A DNA stretch of 64,000 nucleotides from Acidimicrobiia bacterium (lineage in GTDB: Bacteria; Actinomycetota; Acidimicrobiia; Acidimicrobiales; Aldehydirespiratoraceae): NCBI GenBank assembly GCA_024421085.1, contig JAHQYN010000004.1, positions 8,232-72,231 of the forward strand. The letters are read 5' to 3'. The position numbers were made by a program, and so were the translations under genes. The notes under the pieces are model-generated. The model was not told where the DNA came from. It ran no database searches and saw only the letters and a list, made by a program, of their open reading frames with translations. Shown here one piece after another: positions 8,253 through 17,823 of the stretch (positions are counted from its first letter, which is position 1; the number at the start of each line of letters is the position of its first letter).

Positions 8253-9538
8253 GCCCCGACCTGTGCCCCGACCCCACCGCCGATATCAGCACGGAACTGG
8301 GAACCCGCGAACGAGACCGCAGCAACTCCTCTGTAGGCAGCCGCAGACGCTTCGCTCAGTTCGGGCGCCAGAGCTGTAACCGCCAGCACCCTTCCCCCGG
8401 CGGTGTGGGGCTGTCCGGAACGCACGGCAGTACCGGCGTGGAACACCTTGGCACCGGTCGCGGCCGCGGCTTCGAGGCCCTCGATCGCGACCGGAGCGCT
8501 GCTTCGCACCGGGTAGCCCTGCGATGCCATCACAACGGTCACCGCGGCGCTTTCGCTCCAAACGATGTCGGTGGCCGACAGATCCCCCGCACAGCACGCC
8601 TCGAATATCTCATACAGGTCCGATTCGAGCAGGGGCAGAACAACCTGAGTCTCAGGATCACCGAATCGGCAGTTGAACTCGATGACTTTCGGCCCTGAGG
8701 ATGTGAGCATCATTCCCGCATACAGCACGCCCCGATAAGGCCGACCCTGCCGTGCCAACCCGGCCAGCGTGGGTGCCAGGACCTCCCTGCCGACCTGGGA
8801 AATCAACGCCTCGTCAGCGATCGGCGAAGGATGGAACGCTCCCATCCCGCCGGTGTTGGGTCCGTGGTCGCCGGCCAGCAGGCGCTTGTGGTCCTGGACG
8901 GGGGGCATGACCCGGAAGTCTCTGCCGTCACAGAAGGCCAGGACCGAAACCTCCGTGCCGATCAGGCGTTCTTCGAGCAGAATTTCGTGACCCGCTTCGC
9001 CGAAGCGGTCCTCGAGCAGCATCGAGATGATCGCATCGGCCGCTTCGGCAGTGGTCTGCGCGACGATCACCCCCTTCCCGGAGGCAAGACCGGTGGCCTT
9101 CACGACCGGCACGTCCGCCATGGCCTCGAGATGTTCGAGCGCGGCTGCGGGATCGTCGAACAGCGCCGCGTCGGCCGTGGGAATTCCGTTGTCGATCAGA
9201 AACTCCTTGCAGTGCGATTTGGAGCCCTCGAGCGCGGCGGCCGCCGCGCTGGGGCCGAAGGCGGCCACACCCGCTTCATTCAACACATCAACGAGTCCAG
9301 CGACTAGGGGGTCTTCGGGACCGACCACGACCATGTCGACACCTTGGGCCAGGGCGAAGTCCACAATTCCAGCCAAATCGGTCGGGGCCAGAGCCGCGTT
9401 GCGGCACTTGTGCTCCGTCGCCGTGCCGGCATTGCCCGGCGCCACTGTCACCTCAGCGACCCGGGGGGATTTGGCCAGGGTCGCGGCAATGGCGTGTTCG
9501 CGGCCACCGCCGCCGACGACCAACAGACTCGCCGACAT
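8249..9538 (-). CDS. purD: Phosphoribosylamine-glycine ligase
   Basis: Motifs LLVVGGGGREHAIA, an ATP-grasp core, and VIEFNCRFGDPETQ. Confidence 0.95.
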   Translation of the reverse strand: MSASLLVVGGGGREHAIAATLAKSPRVAEVTVAPGNAGTATEHKCRNAALAPTDLAGIVDFALAQGVDMVVVGPEDPLVAGLVDVLNEAGVAAFGPSAAAAALEGSKSHCKEFLIDNGIPTADAALFDDPAAALEHLEAMADVPVVKATGLASGKGVIVAQTTAEAADAIISMLLEDRFGEAGHEILLEERLIGTEVSVLAFCDGRDFRVMPPVQDHKRLLAGDHGPNTGGMGAFHPSPIADEALISQVGREVLAPTLAGLARQGRPYRGVLYAGMMLTSSGPKVIEFNCRFGDPETQVVLPLLESDLYEIFEACCAGDLSATDIVWSESAAVTVVMASQGYPVRSSAPVAIEGLEAAAATGAKVFHAGTAVRSGQPHTAGGRVLAVTALAPELSEASAAAYRGVAAVSFAGSQFRADIGGGVGAQVGA

Positions 9539-9543
9539 GTCTG

Positions 9544-10977
9544 CTAATCGCTCCAGACCGACGAGAACTCTTCTTTGGGATTCAAGCTGAGCTGCACGAA
9601 GCGCATCGACTCGAACGGATAGACGCCGGTGAAGCAGGCGTTGCAGTAACCGTTGTCCGAACCGAGGGCACGCATCATCGCCTCGATAGACAAGAACGCC
9701 AGCGAGTCCGCTCCGATGTGGTCGCAGATCTCCTCGACTGATCGATGCGCAGCGATCAGTTCATCCTTGCTGGCCATGTCGACACCCATGTAACAGGGGC
9801 TGACAATCGCCGGGCAGGCAACACGGAGATGCACTTCGAGCGCGCCCGCGTTGCGCAGCATTCTGACCAACGGGCCCGATGTGGTGCCGCGCACGATCGA
9901 ATCGTCGACCATGACCACCCGCTTGTCGGCCACGTTCTCGGCCAGGGGATTGAACTTCATCGCCACGCGGGCAGCCCGAAGCTGCTGTGTCGGCTCGATG
10001 AAGGTACGTCCCACATAGCGGTTCTTGATGAGTCCCTCGGTATAGGGGAGCCCCGTCTGTTGAGCGAACCCGACTGCGTGCGGAGTGCCCGAGTCTGGGA
10101 CCGACACCACCAGGTCGGCATCGACGGGCGCTTCTTTGGCCAGTTCACGACCCAGCCGTTGCCTCGTTGAGTGCACCAGGCTGCCGTCGCAGATCGAGTC
10201 GGGTCGAGAGAAGTAGATCTGCTCGAAGGTGCATAATGCCCGGTTCTTGGCAGACACGCCTTGGCGTGCAGAAAGACCGGAGTCGCTCAGGCGGACGACT
10301 TCACCGGGCTCCACCTCGCGCACGAACTCGGCACCGATGGTCGAGAAGACGCAAGTCTCCGAGGCGAGGACATGGCCGCCGTCGACGGCACCGATGACCA
10401 GCGGCCTCAACCCCCACCGGTCGCGCACTCCGTAGACGGCGTCGCGGGTAAGGATCGTCAGCGCATAGGCACCCTCGACGCGCTCCATGAGTGTCTGGAT
10501 CCGCTCCATCCAGTCTCCGCTCGCGCCGGTGAGCAGGTGGACCATGACCTCGGTGTCGCTCGACGTCTGCAGCCCGACTCCCCGCTCCAGCAGTTCGCGG
10601 CGCAGCAGGTGCGCATTGACGAGGTTGCCGTTGTGTGCCAGACCGAGCGGGCCGTCGATGGTCTCGATCAGTTGGGGTTGGGCGTTGCGCAGCCCCGATC
10701 CGCCGGTGGTCGAATAGCGGGTATGGCCAATGGCCAAATCGCCCGGAAGCGTCGCCAGGTTGTCCTCATTGAAGACGCTGGCGACGAGTCCCAGCCCCTT
10801 GTGCACATGAGCTGCGCCGTCTTTGGTGGTGGCGATCCCGGCGGCCTCCTGACCGCGGTGCTGAAGCGTGTGGAGCGCGAAGAACGCCAAGCGCGCTGCG
10901 TCGGAGCCTGCCGCGTGGATCCCGACCACACCGCACTCCTCGTGAAGGTCGTCAGCTCCGCTCAACACAGAAATCAC
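9544..10977 (-). CDS. purF: Amidophosphoribosyltransferase
   Basis: Ntn nucleophile context EECGVVGI and PRTase motif VVMVDDSIVRGTT. Its GTG start overlaps the purK stop (GTGA). Confidence 0.95.
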   Translation of the reverse strand: MISVLSGADDLHEECGVVGIHAAGSDAARLAFFALHTLQHRGQEAAGIATTKDGAAHVHKGLGLVASVFNEDNLATLPGDLAIGHTRYSTTGGSGLRNAQPQLIETIDGPLGLAHNGNLVNAHLLRRELLERGVGLQTSSDTEVMVHLLTGASGDWMERIQTLMERVEGAYALTILTRDAVYGVRDRWGLRPLVIGAVDGGHVLASETCVFSTIGAEFVREVEPGEVVRLSDSGLSARQGVSAKNRALCTFEQIYFSRPDSICDGSLVHSTRQRLGRELAKEAPVDADLVVSVPDSGTPHAVGFAQQTGLPYTEGLIKNRYVGRTFIEPTQQLRAARVAMKFNPLAENVADKRVVMVDDSIVRGTTSGPLVRMLRNAGALEVHLRVACPAIVSPCYMGVDMASKDELIAAHRSVEEICDHIGADSLAFLSIEAMMRALGSDNGYCNACFTGVYPFESMRFVQLSLNPKEEFSSVWSD

Positions 10978-12143
10978 CGGTCGGTCAGAGCCTGCCGCAA
11001 GGCGGTCACTCTATCCAGCAGGACGTGGGGGTCGTCGCCCACAGCGGTCAGATGGCCCATCTTTCGACCCTTTCGAGCTTCGTGCTTGCCGTAGAGGTGA
11101 AGGTGCACTCCGCTCTGGGCGAAGACCGGCGACCAGTCGGGGGTGCCTTCTGCGAAGAGGTCGCCGAGAAGTTGCACCATCGCCGCGGGTCGGCAGCGCC
11201 CGTCGCCCAGTGGCATTCCGACCACGGCACGAAGTTGCTGCTCGAACTGGCTGGTCGGCGACGCCTCAATGGTGCAGTGCCCGGAGTTGTGCGGGCGCGG
11301 CGCCACCTCGTTGACGACCAGTCCCCCGGCAGTGTCGAACATCTCGACGCACAACACACCGACCAGTCCCCACTGGTCGGCTATCTGGGTCGCGATGGCG
11401 GTGGCCTCGTCGAGGTGCCCTGGGCTGAGGCGCGCCAAAGTGATGGTGCTGTCGAGGATGTGGTCGACGTGGCGGTTCTCCATCACGCCATGGTCTGCGA
11501 CCTCCCCGTCAGGGGAGCGCGCCACAATCACCGACAGCTCTCTGTCGAAAGCCACAACCGACTCGACCACCAGTCGTTGGGCACCCAGCCGCCGCCAGAC
11601 GTCGGCTGTCTCGTCGGTCCGCTCGATCCGAGCCTGTCCCTTGCCGTCGTAGCCGAAGCGTGCGGCCTTGGCGATGACCGGCAAGCCGAGTTCATGAACA
11701 GCCGACACGAGCTCCGATTCACTTTCTGCAGAGCGCCAGGGGGCCACCGCAACACCCGCGGCGGTCAGAGCCTCCTTTTCTGCACGGCGGTCCTGGGCTG
11801 TGGCGACTATCTCGCCGCTGGGACGAACCTCCACGCCGGCGTTGGTGGCCGCGTCGGCGATCCCGGCGTCGACGTTCTCGAATTCCCAGGTGATCACGTC
11901 GGATTCTGCCACCAGGCGTGCAATGGCAGCCTCGTCGTCGAAGCCAGCGGCGATCTCGACTTCGGCGACCGCACCGGCCGGGGTGTCTGAGCCTCCGCCG
12001 GTCAGCACCGCCACGCGGTAGCCGTGCTGGTGGGCCGCGTAGCCCAACATGCGCCCCAGTTGACCGCCGCCGACGACGCCGACCGTGGACCCGGGCGGGA
12101 GCGGCGCCCGCGCCTTCGCCGAGTGTGCCTGTGCCGACGTCAC
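10974..12143 (-). CDS. purK: N5-carboxyaminoimidazole ribonucleotide synthase
   Basis: Motif [17 protein letters not shown] and an ATP-grasp fold. Its GTG start overlaps the purE stop. Confidence 0.9.
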   Translation of the reverse strand: MTSAQAHSAKARAPLPPGSTVGVVGGGQLGRMLGYAAHQHGYRVAVLTGGGSDTPAGAVAEVEIAAGFDDEAAIARLVAESDVITWEFENVDAGIADAATNAGVEVRPSGEIVATAQDRRAEKEALTAAGVAVAPWRSAESESELVSAVHELGLPVIAKAARFGYDGKGQARIERTDETADVWRRLGAQRLVVESVVAFDRELSVIVARSPDGEVADHGVMENRHVDHILDSTITLARLSPGHLDEATAIATQIADQWGLVGVLCVEMFDTAGGLVVNEVAPRPHNSGHCTIEASPTSQFEQQLRAVVGMPLGDGRCRPAAMVQLLGDLFAEGTPDWSPVFAQSGVHLHLYGKHEARKGRKMGHLTAVGDDPHVLLDRVTALRQALTDR

Positions 12144-12664
12144 CGGTCTAGTTCGCTTGATCTGACCCGGGCTGCCTGCTCGGAACGTCGCCGGCGCAAC
12201 TGGTCGGCCAAGGACGGGTCACTGCCAGCGAGGATCGCCACGGCGAAGAGCCCGGCGTTGGTCGCTCCGGCCGGTCCGATCGCCATTGTGGCGACCGGAA
12301 CACCGGCGGGCATCTGCACGATCGACAGCAGAGAGTCGATGCCGTTGAGCGCGCGGCTCTTGATCGGTACCCCGATGACCGGGACCAGCGTGTGCGACGC
12401 AACCATTCCCGGCAGGTGGGCGGCCCCGCCGGCGCCAGCGATGATCACCTGCAAGCCCCGTGCCTGTGCAGTTGCTGCGTATTCGTTCATGTCCTCGGGG
12501 GTCCGGTGTGCCGACACCACCCGGCACTCGTGCGGCACCCCGAAATCGGTCAACACGTCTGCCGCGCAGCGCATCGTCTCCCAGTCGGATTCGCTGCCCA
12601 TGATGACGCCTGCGATTGGATCAGGATTCACGCCTCGAACCTTGCCTTGTCTGCCCTGGACCAT
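12140..12664 (-). CDS. purE: N5-CAIR mutase
   Basis: Motifs [18 protein letters not shown] and [17 protein letters not shown]. Confidence 0.95.
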   Translation of the reverse strand: MVQGRQGKVRGVNPDPIAGVIMGSESDWETMRCAADVLTDFGVPHECRVVSAHRTPEDMNEYAATAQARGLQVIIAGAGGAAHLPGMVASHTLVPVIGVPIKSRALNGIDSLLSIVQMPAGVPVATMAIGPAGATNAGLFAVAILAGSDPSLADQLRRRRSEQAARVRSSELDR

Positions 12665-12765
12665 CCTGCCAGGACTGCACCCGCCCTCGGCGGACAGTTT
12701 CAGATCGTCTCTACTGAATGTACACCGATCGGCCAGTGAGTTGCGTCGGCACCTGTGTCTACCGC

Positions 12766-13160
12766 CGCTCCCGTTCGCTGCGCTCCCCCTTCACTCCTGT
12801 TCGCTGCGCTTCCCCTCCGCTCCTGTTCGCTGCACTCACGGGCCGCTCCTGTTCGCTGCACTCACGGGCCGCTCAGACCACGGGTCCACCCCAGGGCCAC
12901 GAGCAGGCCGCTCAGGCCACGGGTCCGCTCGGGACCACGCGCAGGCCGCTCAGGCCACTCAGGCCACGGGTCCGCTCGGGACCAGGCGCAGGCCGCTCAG
13001 GCCACGGGTCCGCTCGGGACCAGGCGCAGGCCGCTCAGGCCACGGGCAGGCCACCTCAGGGCCACGAGCAGGCCGCTCAGGCCACGGGTCCGCTCGGGAC
13101 CACGCGCAGGCCGCTCAGGCCACGGGCAGGCCACCTCAGGCCACGGGTCCGCTCGGACGC
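12766..13160. repeat. Compound GC-rich minisatellite of about 400 bp (about 28-bp units, then about 38-bp units of gcaggccgctcaggccacgggtccgctcgggaccaggc) between purC and purE
   Basis: The units are contiguous with no unique spacers. The array fills nearly the whole 510-nt purC-purE spacer. Confidence 0.85.
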
Positions 13161-13173
13161 GGTCGTGGGGGGA

Positions 13174-14142
13174 TCAATCCGTTCGGTCTCTGATCGCGGC
13201 CTCTATGCGGGGGGCCGCAGGGTACGCGGCCGGTGAGAGCGGGGTCTTGGTGAGCAGTTCGAAGGCCTCCGCGTAGATCTGGGCGGCGCGGCTCGCCAGG
13301 GCGGAGTCGAGTGAAGGGGGCTCACCGTCGCCACGGTAGCCCCGCGCGACGTAGTCGAGCCGGATGACCTCCTTGTCGAGGTTCTCTGGCTCGAGACCGG
13401 CAGCGAGACGCTCCTGCAGGCTCAAGGCGCGCCAGTAGCGCGAGCTGTCGGGGGTGTGAACCTCGTCGATCAAGGTGAGCCGCCCATCGGCGTCGAGTCC
13501 GAACTCGTACTTCGTGTCGACCAGGACTAGGCCGGCCGCCGCCGCGATAGCTCTGCCGCGCTCGAACAGATCGAGCGCGACGGTCCGCACCTCCTCCCAG
13601 CGCCCGCCGTCGACCAAGCCGTCGGCGACGATCTCGGCCTCGGTTATCGGTGTGTCGTGCTCCCCGTCGGCGGCTTTGGTGGTCGGGGTGATGATCGGGC
13701 GCCGAAGCTGCTGGTTCTTCCTCATCCCGTCGGGGAAGGTCATTCCGTATATTCGGCGGTGCCCTGCGTCATACTGCGTCCACAGGGAAGTGGAGGTGGT
13801 ACCGGTGAGACGATCTCTCACGACCACCTCGACCGGCAGGGTTCGACAGGCCCGCGCAACAGTGACGTTGGGGTCGGGCACCGCAACAACATGCGACGCC
13901 ACGATGTCAGAGACCTCCTCGAACCACCACGCCGAGAGCTCGTTGAGGATCTGACCCCGAAAGGGCACCGTTCCGAGGACCCGGTCGAAAGCCGAGACAC
14001 GGTCCGTCGACACCATCACCAGTCGGTCGCCCAGATCGATGACGTCTCTCACCTTGCCGCGTCGAAGAGGTCCGACATCGGCCAATGCCCGCGCATCGAG
14101 ACCCTCGAAGGGAGACTCCTGCGCAGGGGTCAGCTCGAGCAT
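13174..14142 (-). CDS. purC: SAICAR synthetase
   Basis: Motifs GKVRDVIDLGDRLVMVSTDRVSAFD and LVDTKYEFG. Confidence 0.95.
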   Translation of the reverse strand: MLELTPAQESPFEGLDARALADVGPLRRGKVRDVIDLGDRLVMVSTDRVSAFDRVLGTVPFRGQILNELSAWWFEEVSDIVASHVVAVPDPNVTVARACRTLPVEVVVRDRLTGTTSTSLWTQYDAGHRRIYGMTFPDGMRKNQQLRRPIITPTTKAADGEHDTPITEAEIVADGLVDGGRWEEVRTVALDLFERGRAIAAAAGLVLVDTKYEFGLDADGRLTLIDEVHTPDSSRYWRALSLQERLAAGLEPENLDKEVIRLDYVARGYRGDGEPPSLDSALASRAAQIYAEAFELLTKTPLSPAAYPAAPRIEAAIRDRTD

Positions 14143-14954
14143 CAGCGAGCCGCCGCCACGAAAGCCTTGAACAACGGCAGCCCTGTCGCACCCGGATCAC
14201 CGTTGGGTCGCTGCCAGTCGAGGACATGGTCCTCCGGATGGGGCATCAGCCCCACCACGGCTCCGCTGTGGTCGCAGATCCCGGCTATGTCAGCTGCAGA
14301 ACCATTGGGGTTGGCAGGGTAGGCACCGGCTGCGGCTCTCACCGAGTCCGGCTGAAAGACCGGTGTCGCGCCGGAGTCCTGATACCTGAACGCAACGAGT
14401 CCCTGCGCCTCCAACTCGGCGCTCACAGAGTCGTCGGCGCTGACGAACCGGCCCTCACCGTGGGCGACGGGACAGCGGATGATCGTGTCTCTGATCGGCC
14501 CGAGCCAGGTGCTGCGAACTGCAGGTTCCACTCGCAGCGTGACCCAGCGGCACTCGAAGCGGCCACGGGCGTTGTCGGTGAGCGTAACCTGCCGGTTCTC
14601 GGGCGCAAGGCGATGCTCCGACACCGCACCCAACAGGCCTGCCTTGACCAGCACCTGGAAGCCGTTGCAGATTCCCAGCACCGGTTTTCCCGCTGTGACC
14701 ACCTCGGACAGTTCCTGGGCGAACCACAGCCGAAGCTCCAGCGCCAGCCTCTGCCCGGCGCCGAGCGAGTCGCCGTAGGAGAACCCTCCGGGGATCAACA
14801 CGCCGGCATGGTCGGCGAAGGTCACCTCGCCTCGGCGCAGTTGATTGACATGCACGATCCGCGGGCTGCCCCCGGCCAGTTCAATCGCCTGTGCGGCGTC
14901 GCCGTCGCGGTTCGTGCCCGAAGCATGCACAATGAGGATCGGTGCTGCGCTCAC
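14142..14954 (-). CDS. purQ: FGAM synthase, glutaminase subunit
   Basis: Class-I glutamine amidotransferase with GICNGFQVL (nucleophile Cys) and MPHPE. Its GTG start overlaps the purL stop. Confidence 0.9.
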   Translation of the reverse strand: MSAAPILIVHASGTNRDGDAAQAIELAGGSPRIVHVNQLRRGEVTFADHAGVLIPGGFSYGDSLGAGQRLALELRLWFAQELSEVVTAGKPVLGICNGFQVLVKAGLLGAVSEHRLAPENRQVTLTDNARGRFECRWVTLRVEPAVRSTWLGPIRDTIIRCPVAHGEGRFVSADDSVSAELEAQGLVAFRYQDSGATPVFQPDSVRAAAGAYPANPNGSAADIAGICDHSGAVVGLMPHPEDHVLDWQRPNGDPGATGLPLFKAFVAAAR

Positions 14955-17800
14955 GTCGCCACCGACGATGTGAATGCTCGTACTGCGTCACCGACATCAA
15001 CACAGACCAATGCAGCCGCGATCGTTTCGCCGTTGGCCCCCTGCACCCCCAAGCTGATCCGGCTGTTTGCGGTCACCTCGCCGATCCGTCGCCCGTTGAC
15101 GCCCAGCGTCTGACCGAGCACATCACGGTCGCTCCGCTGTGCGGCCAACACGAGGCGCCCCGGTCCCTCATTGGTGAGAGCCGCGAACTCGTCGCATCCG
15201 TCGGCGGGAACCTCCACGGCCACGCCGTGGCGGGCGGCAATCGCCATCTCCGCGATCGCTGCCGCGATTCCGCCGTCGCTGCAGTCGTGCGCGGCAGACA
15301 CCAGACCAGCCGCGATGGCGGAATGCACGGCTCGATAACGCGGCAGGGGGTCATCGAGGGGCGCGGGGACATCGGTGGCACCAAGACCGTAGAGAGCGTC
15401 GGCTACAGAACCGCCGAGCGCGGCACTCCCCCGACCGACGAGCCACAGATCGTCGCCGACGCTCATGCCCGCCGAGTCGATGGCGCGGTTGAGGTCAGCG
15501 ACCAGTCCCAGTGCCGAAATCAGCAGTGTTGGCGGCACCGGCCGCCCCTCGAACTCGTTGAAGAGGCTGTCCTTGCCGGAGATGAAAGGCATGGCGTAGC
15601 GGCGGGCGCCGTCGGTGCAGCCCTGCACGGCGCGGACCAGGCTGCCGAGGCGGTCGCTGCGGGTCGGGTCTCCCCAGCAGAAGTTGTCGAGCAGCGCCAC
15701 CCGGTCGGGGTCGCCGCCTACCGCGACCAGATTGCGGACCGCCTCGTCGAGGGCCAGCAGTGCCATCGCGTACGGGTCGTGCCTGCCGACACGCGGACAC
15801 AGGCCGTTGCTCACCACTGCTGCAGCGGGAGTGTGCTGTGTGCCGAGCGGCTTGATGACCGCGGCGTCGGCGGGGCCGTCAGCGTTGCGTCCCACCAGGG
15901 GACGCACGACGGTCCCGGCGCGCACCTCATGGTCGTAGCGCCGGACAATGTCCTCCTTGCTGGCAACATCGGGATGTGCCAGGAGCCCCAGGAGCATCTC
16001 CGCGTCGACGCGCGGCGACTCGACCGCGGTGCTCGGCGGGTCGATGAAGGTCGCGGTCAGCTCCCGGCGGGGCAGCCCGTTGTGCAGGAAGTCCATCGAC
16101 ATGTCGATCACCGGGGTGTCGCCATGCCGGACCACCAGCTTGCCGGACCCGCTGAAGCTGCCCAGATCGGTCAACTCCACGTCCCAGTCGTCGCATATCT
16201 GCTGCAGTGCCAGCAGCGAATCGGGCGGCACCGCCATGACCATCCGTTCCTGCGCTTCGGAGAGCCAGATCTCCCATGGCTGCAGGCCCGAGTACTTGAG
16301 ACGCACTCCTTCGAGGTCGATCTCGACGCCCAGGTCCTCGCCCATCTCGCCCACAGCAGATGAGAAGCCTCCCGCCCCGCAGTCCGTGATGGCGTTGTAC
16401 AGACCGAGCCCGCAGGCACGCTCGACCACCTCGATGCAGCCCTTCTCGGTTATCGGATCGCCGATCTGCACCGCCGCGCCGACCGAATCGACGGTGGACG
16501 CGTCCATGGTGGCCGACGAGAAGGTGGCGCCGTGGATTCCGTCGCGGCCGACCCTTCCCCCGATGGAGACGACACGGTCCCCGAGTTGGGCCGCGCGCGG
16601 ATGTGAACCGTTGACCAGCAGCCCCAGCGCGCCGCAGTACACTAGCGGGTTGCCGATGTATCCCTCGTCGTAGACCACCGCGCCATTGACAGTCGGTAGG
16701 CCCAGCTTGTTTCCGTAGTCGGCGATCCCTGCGACGACTCCGTCGCGAATTCGGCGGGGATGCAGAACTCCCGCCAACAGTCGTTCAGCGGGCAGGTCGA
16801 CGGGGCCGAAACACAGCACGTTGGTGCAGGCGATGGGCCGTGCCGACACCCCCAGAATGTCTCGGACCACGCCGCCGACACCGGTGTTGGCACCACCGAA
16901 CGGCTCAAGGGCCGACGGGTGGTTGTGAGTCTCCACCTTGAAGGCGAGATCGAAGCGGTCGTCGAAGGCGACTATCCCGGCATCGTCGACGAATGCTGAT
17001 CGCAGCCACCATGGATCGAGCTCCTCGGTAACCTCGCGCAGCGCGGCCAGCAGGCCGTCGTGGCGGGTCACCGTCGTTCGGCCATCGGCGCTGGTGTGAG
17101 TCAGCTCGATCGCAGCCCGGAACGTCTTGTGGACACAGTGCTCGGACCAGGTCTGAGCCAACGTCTCAAGCTCCGCATCGGTGGGGCTGCGACCGATGTC
17201 ATCAAAGTAGCGCTGGATGGCGCGCATCTCCTCGGTGTCGAGTGACAGCAGCCGTTGGGAGCTCAACGTCTGAAGTTCGCTGTCGCTGAGCCCGCGCAGC
17301 GGCACCGACTCGACCCTGCAGTCCGCGTCCGCTTGAGCGACGAACGCGGGGGCCAATGTGCCTTGGTGGGACTGCTCGATCGTGTCGTTGGCCAACAGGC
17401 GCCGGGTGATGACGGCCACGGCACGGTCGTCGAGGTCCCCGATCAGGTCGTAGCGGACCGCGGTCGAGACCCGCAGGTCGGCTATCTGCAGTTGCTGCGC
17501 GGCACGTTCGAGCTCTCTCGCATCGAGGTCTGTCACTCCCGGAAGTGCTGCCACCTCGACGGCGCGGCCCATGGCTGGGAGCGCGGCGCCTATGGAGTAT
17601 TCGGCCACGACGGGGTCGACGAGCACCTCGCGGCAGAGCCGATCGACGTCGTCGTTCCCCAAGGGGCCAGCGGCGTCGAGGTGATAGACCCTCGAGACCC
17701 GGCATTGCGCGAGTCCGCGGACGCCGACGAGGGGCGCGGCGGAGACGATCGCTTCGCCTTGCGGGTCGCTGTGCGACGTGACCGTGACACGCAGCGGCAT
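14951..17800 (-). CDS. purL: FGAM synthase subunit PurL carrying an N-terminal extension of about 190 aa made of two PurS-like modules
   Basis: PurL core: TWSEHCVHKTF, HNHPSALEPFGGA, DCGAGG. The N-terminus has two PurS-like segments (..SDPQGEAIVSA..VDRLCREVLVDPVVAEYS and ..DLDARELERAA..ITRRLLANDTIEQS). The ATG at 17800 is preceded by GGGAGG. Confidence 0.88.
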   Translation of the reverse strand: MPLRVTVTSHSDPQGEAIVSAAPLVGVRGLAQCRVSRVYHLDAAGPLGNDDVDRLCREVLVDPVVAEYSIGAALPAMGRAVEVAALPGVTDLDARELERAAQQLQIADLRVSTAVRYDLIGDLDDRAVAVITRRLLANDTIEQSHQGTLAPAFVAQADADCRVESVPLRGLSDSELQTLSSQRLLSLDTEEMRAIQRYFDDIGRSPTDAELETLAQTWSEHCVHKTFRAAIELTHTSADGRTTVTRHDGLLAALREVTEELDPWWLRSAFVDDAGIVAFDDRFDLAFKVETHNHPSALEPFGGANTGVGGVVRDILGVSARPIACTNVLCFGPVDLPAERLLAGVLHPRRIRDGVVAGIADYGNKLGLPTVNGAVVYDEGYIGNPLVYCGALGLLVNGSHPRAAQLGDRVVSIGGRVGRDGIHGATFSSATMDASTVDSVGAAVQIGDPITEKGCIEVVERACGLGLYNAITDCGAGGFSSAVGEMGEDLGVEIDLEGVRLKYSGLQPWEIWLSEAQERMVMAVPPDSLLALQQICDDWDVELTDLGSFSGSGKLVVRHGDTPVIDMSMDFLHNGLPRRELTATFIDPPSTAVESPRVDAEMLLGLLAHPDVASKEDIVRRYDHEVRAGTVVRPLVGRNADGPADAAVIKPLGTQHTPAAAVVSNGLCPRVGRHDPYAMALLALDEAVRNLVAVGGDPDRVALLDNFCWGDPTRSDRLGSLVRAVQGCTDGARRYAMPFISGKDSLFNEFEGRPVPPTLLISALGLVADLNRAIDSAGMSVGDDLWLVGRGSAALGGSVADALYGLGATDVPAPLDDPLPRYRAVHSAIAAGLVSAAHDCSDGGIAAAIAEMAIAARHGVAVEVPADGCDEFAALTNEGPGRLVLAAQRSDRDVLGQTLGVNGRRIGEVTANSRISLGVQGANGETIAAALVCVDVGDAVRAFTSSVAT

Positions 17801-17823
17801 ATTCGACTCGCTGCCTCCCGTTA

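Noticed and set aside
12766-13160. Possible CRISPR array (regularly repeated units of about 38 bp); the same question applies to the arrays at 31778-31975 and 38170-38405
   Set aside because: The units are directly contiguous, with no unique spacers between them. There are no cas genes in the window, and the units are partly derived from adjacent coding sequence. These are minisatellites, not CRISPRs.
12718-13276. Three plus-strand ORFs (172-389 aa) of Pro/Arg/Gly repeats across the purC-purE spacer
   Set aside because: They are translations of the minisatellite in all frames and overlap purC and purE in antisense.
14942-16363. Long antisense or alternative-frame ORFs in core genes (for example 14942..16363, 10261..11094, 22389..23816, 25485..26579, 32567..33616, 41860..43023, 46022..47203, 48818..50014)
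   Set aside because: These are typical high-G+C artefacts: Arg/Pro/Gly-rich products with no motifs, each fully overlapping a confidently identified gene on the other strand or in another frame.
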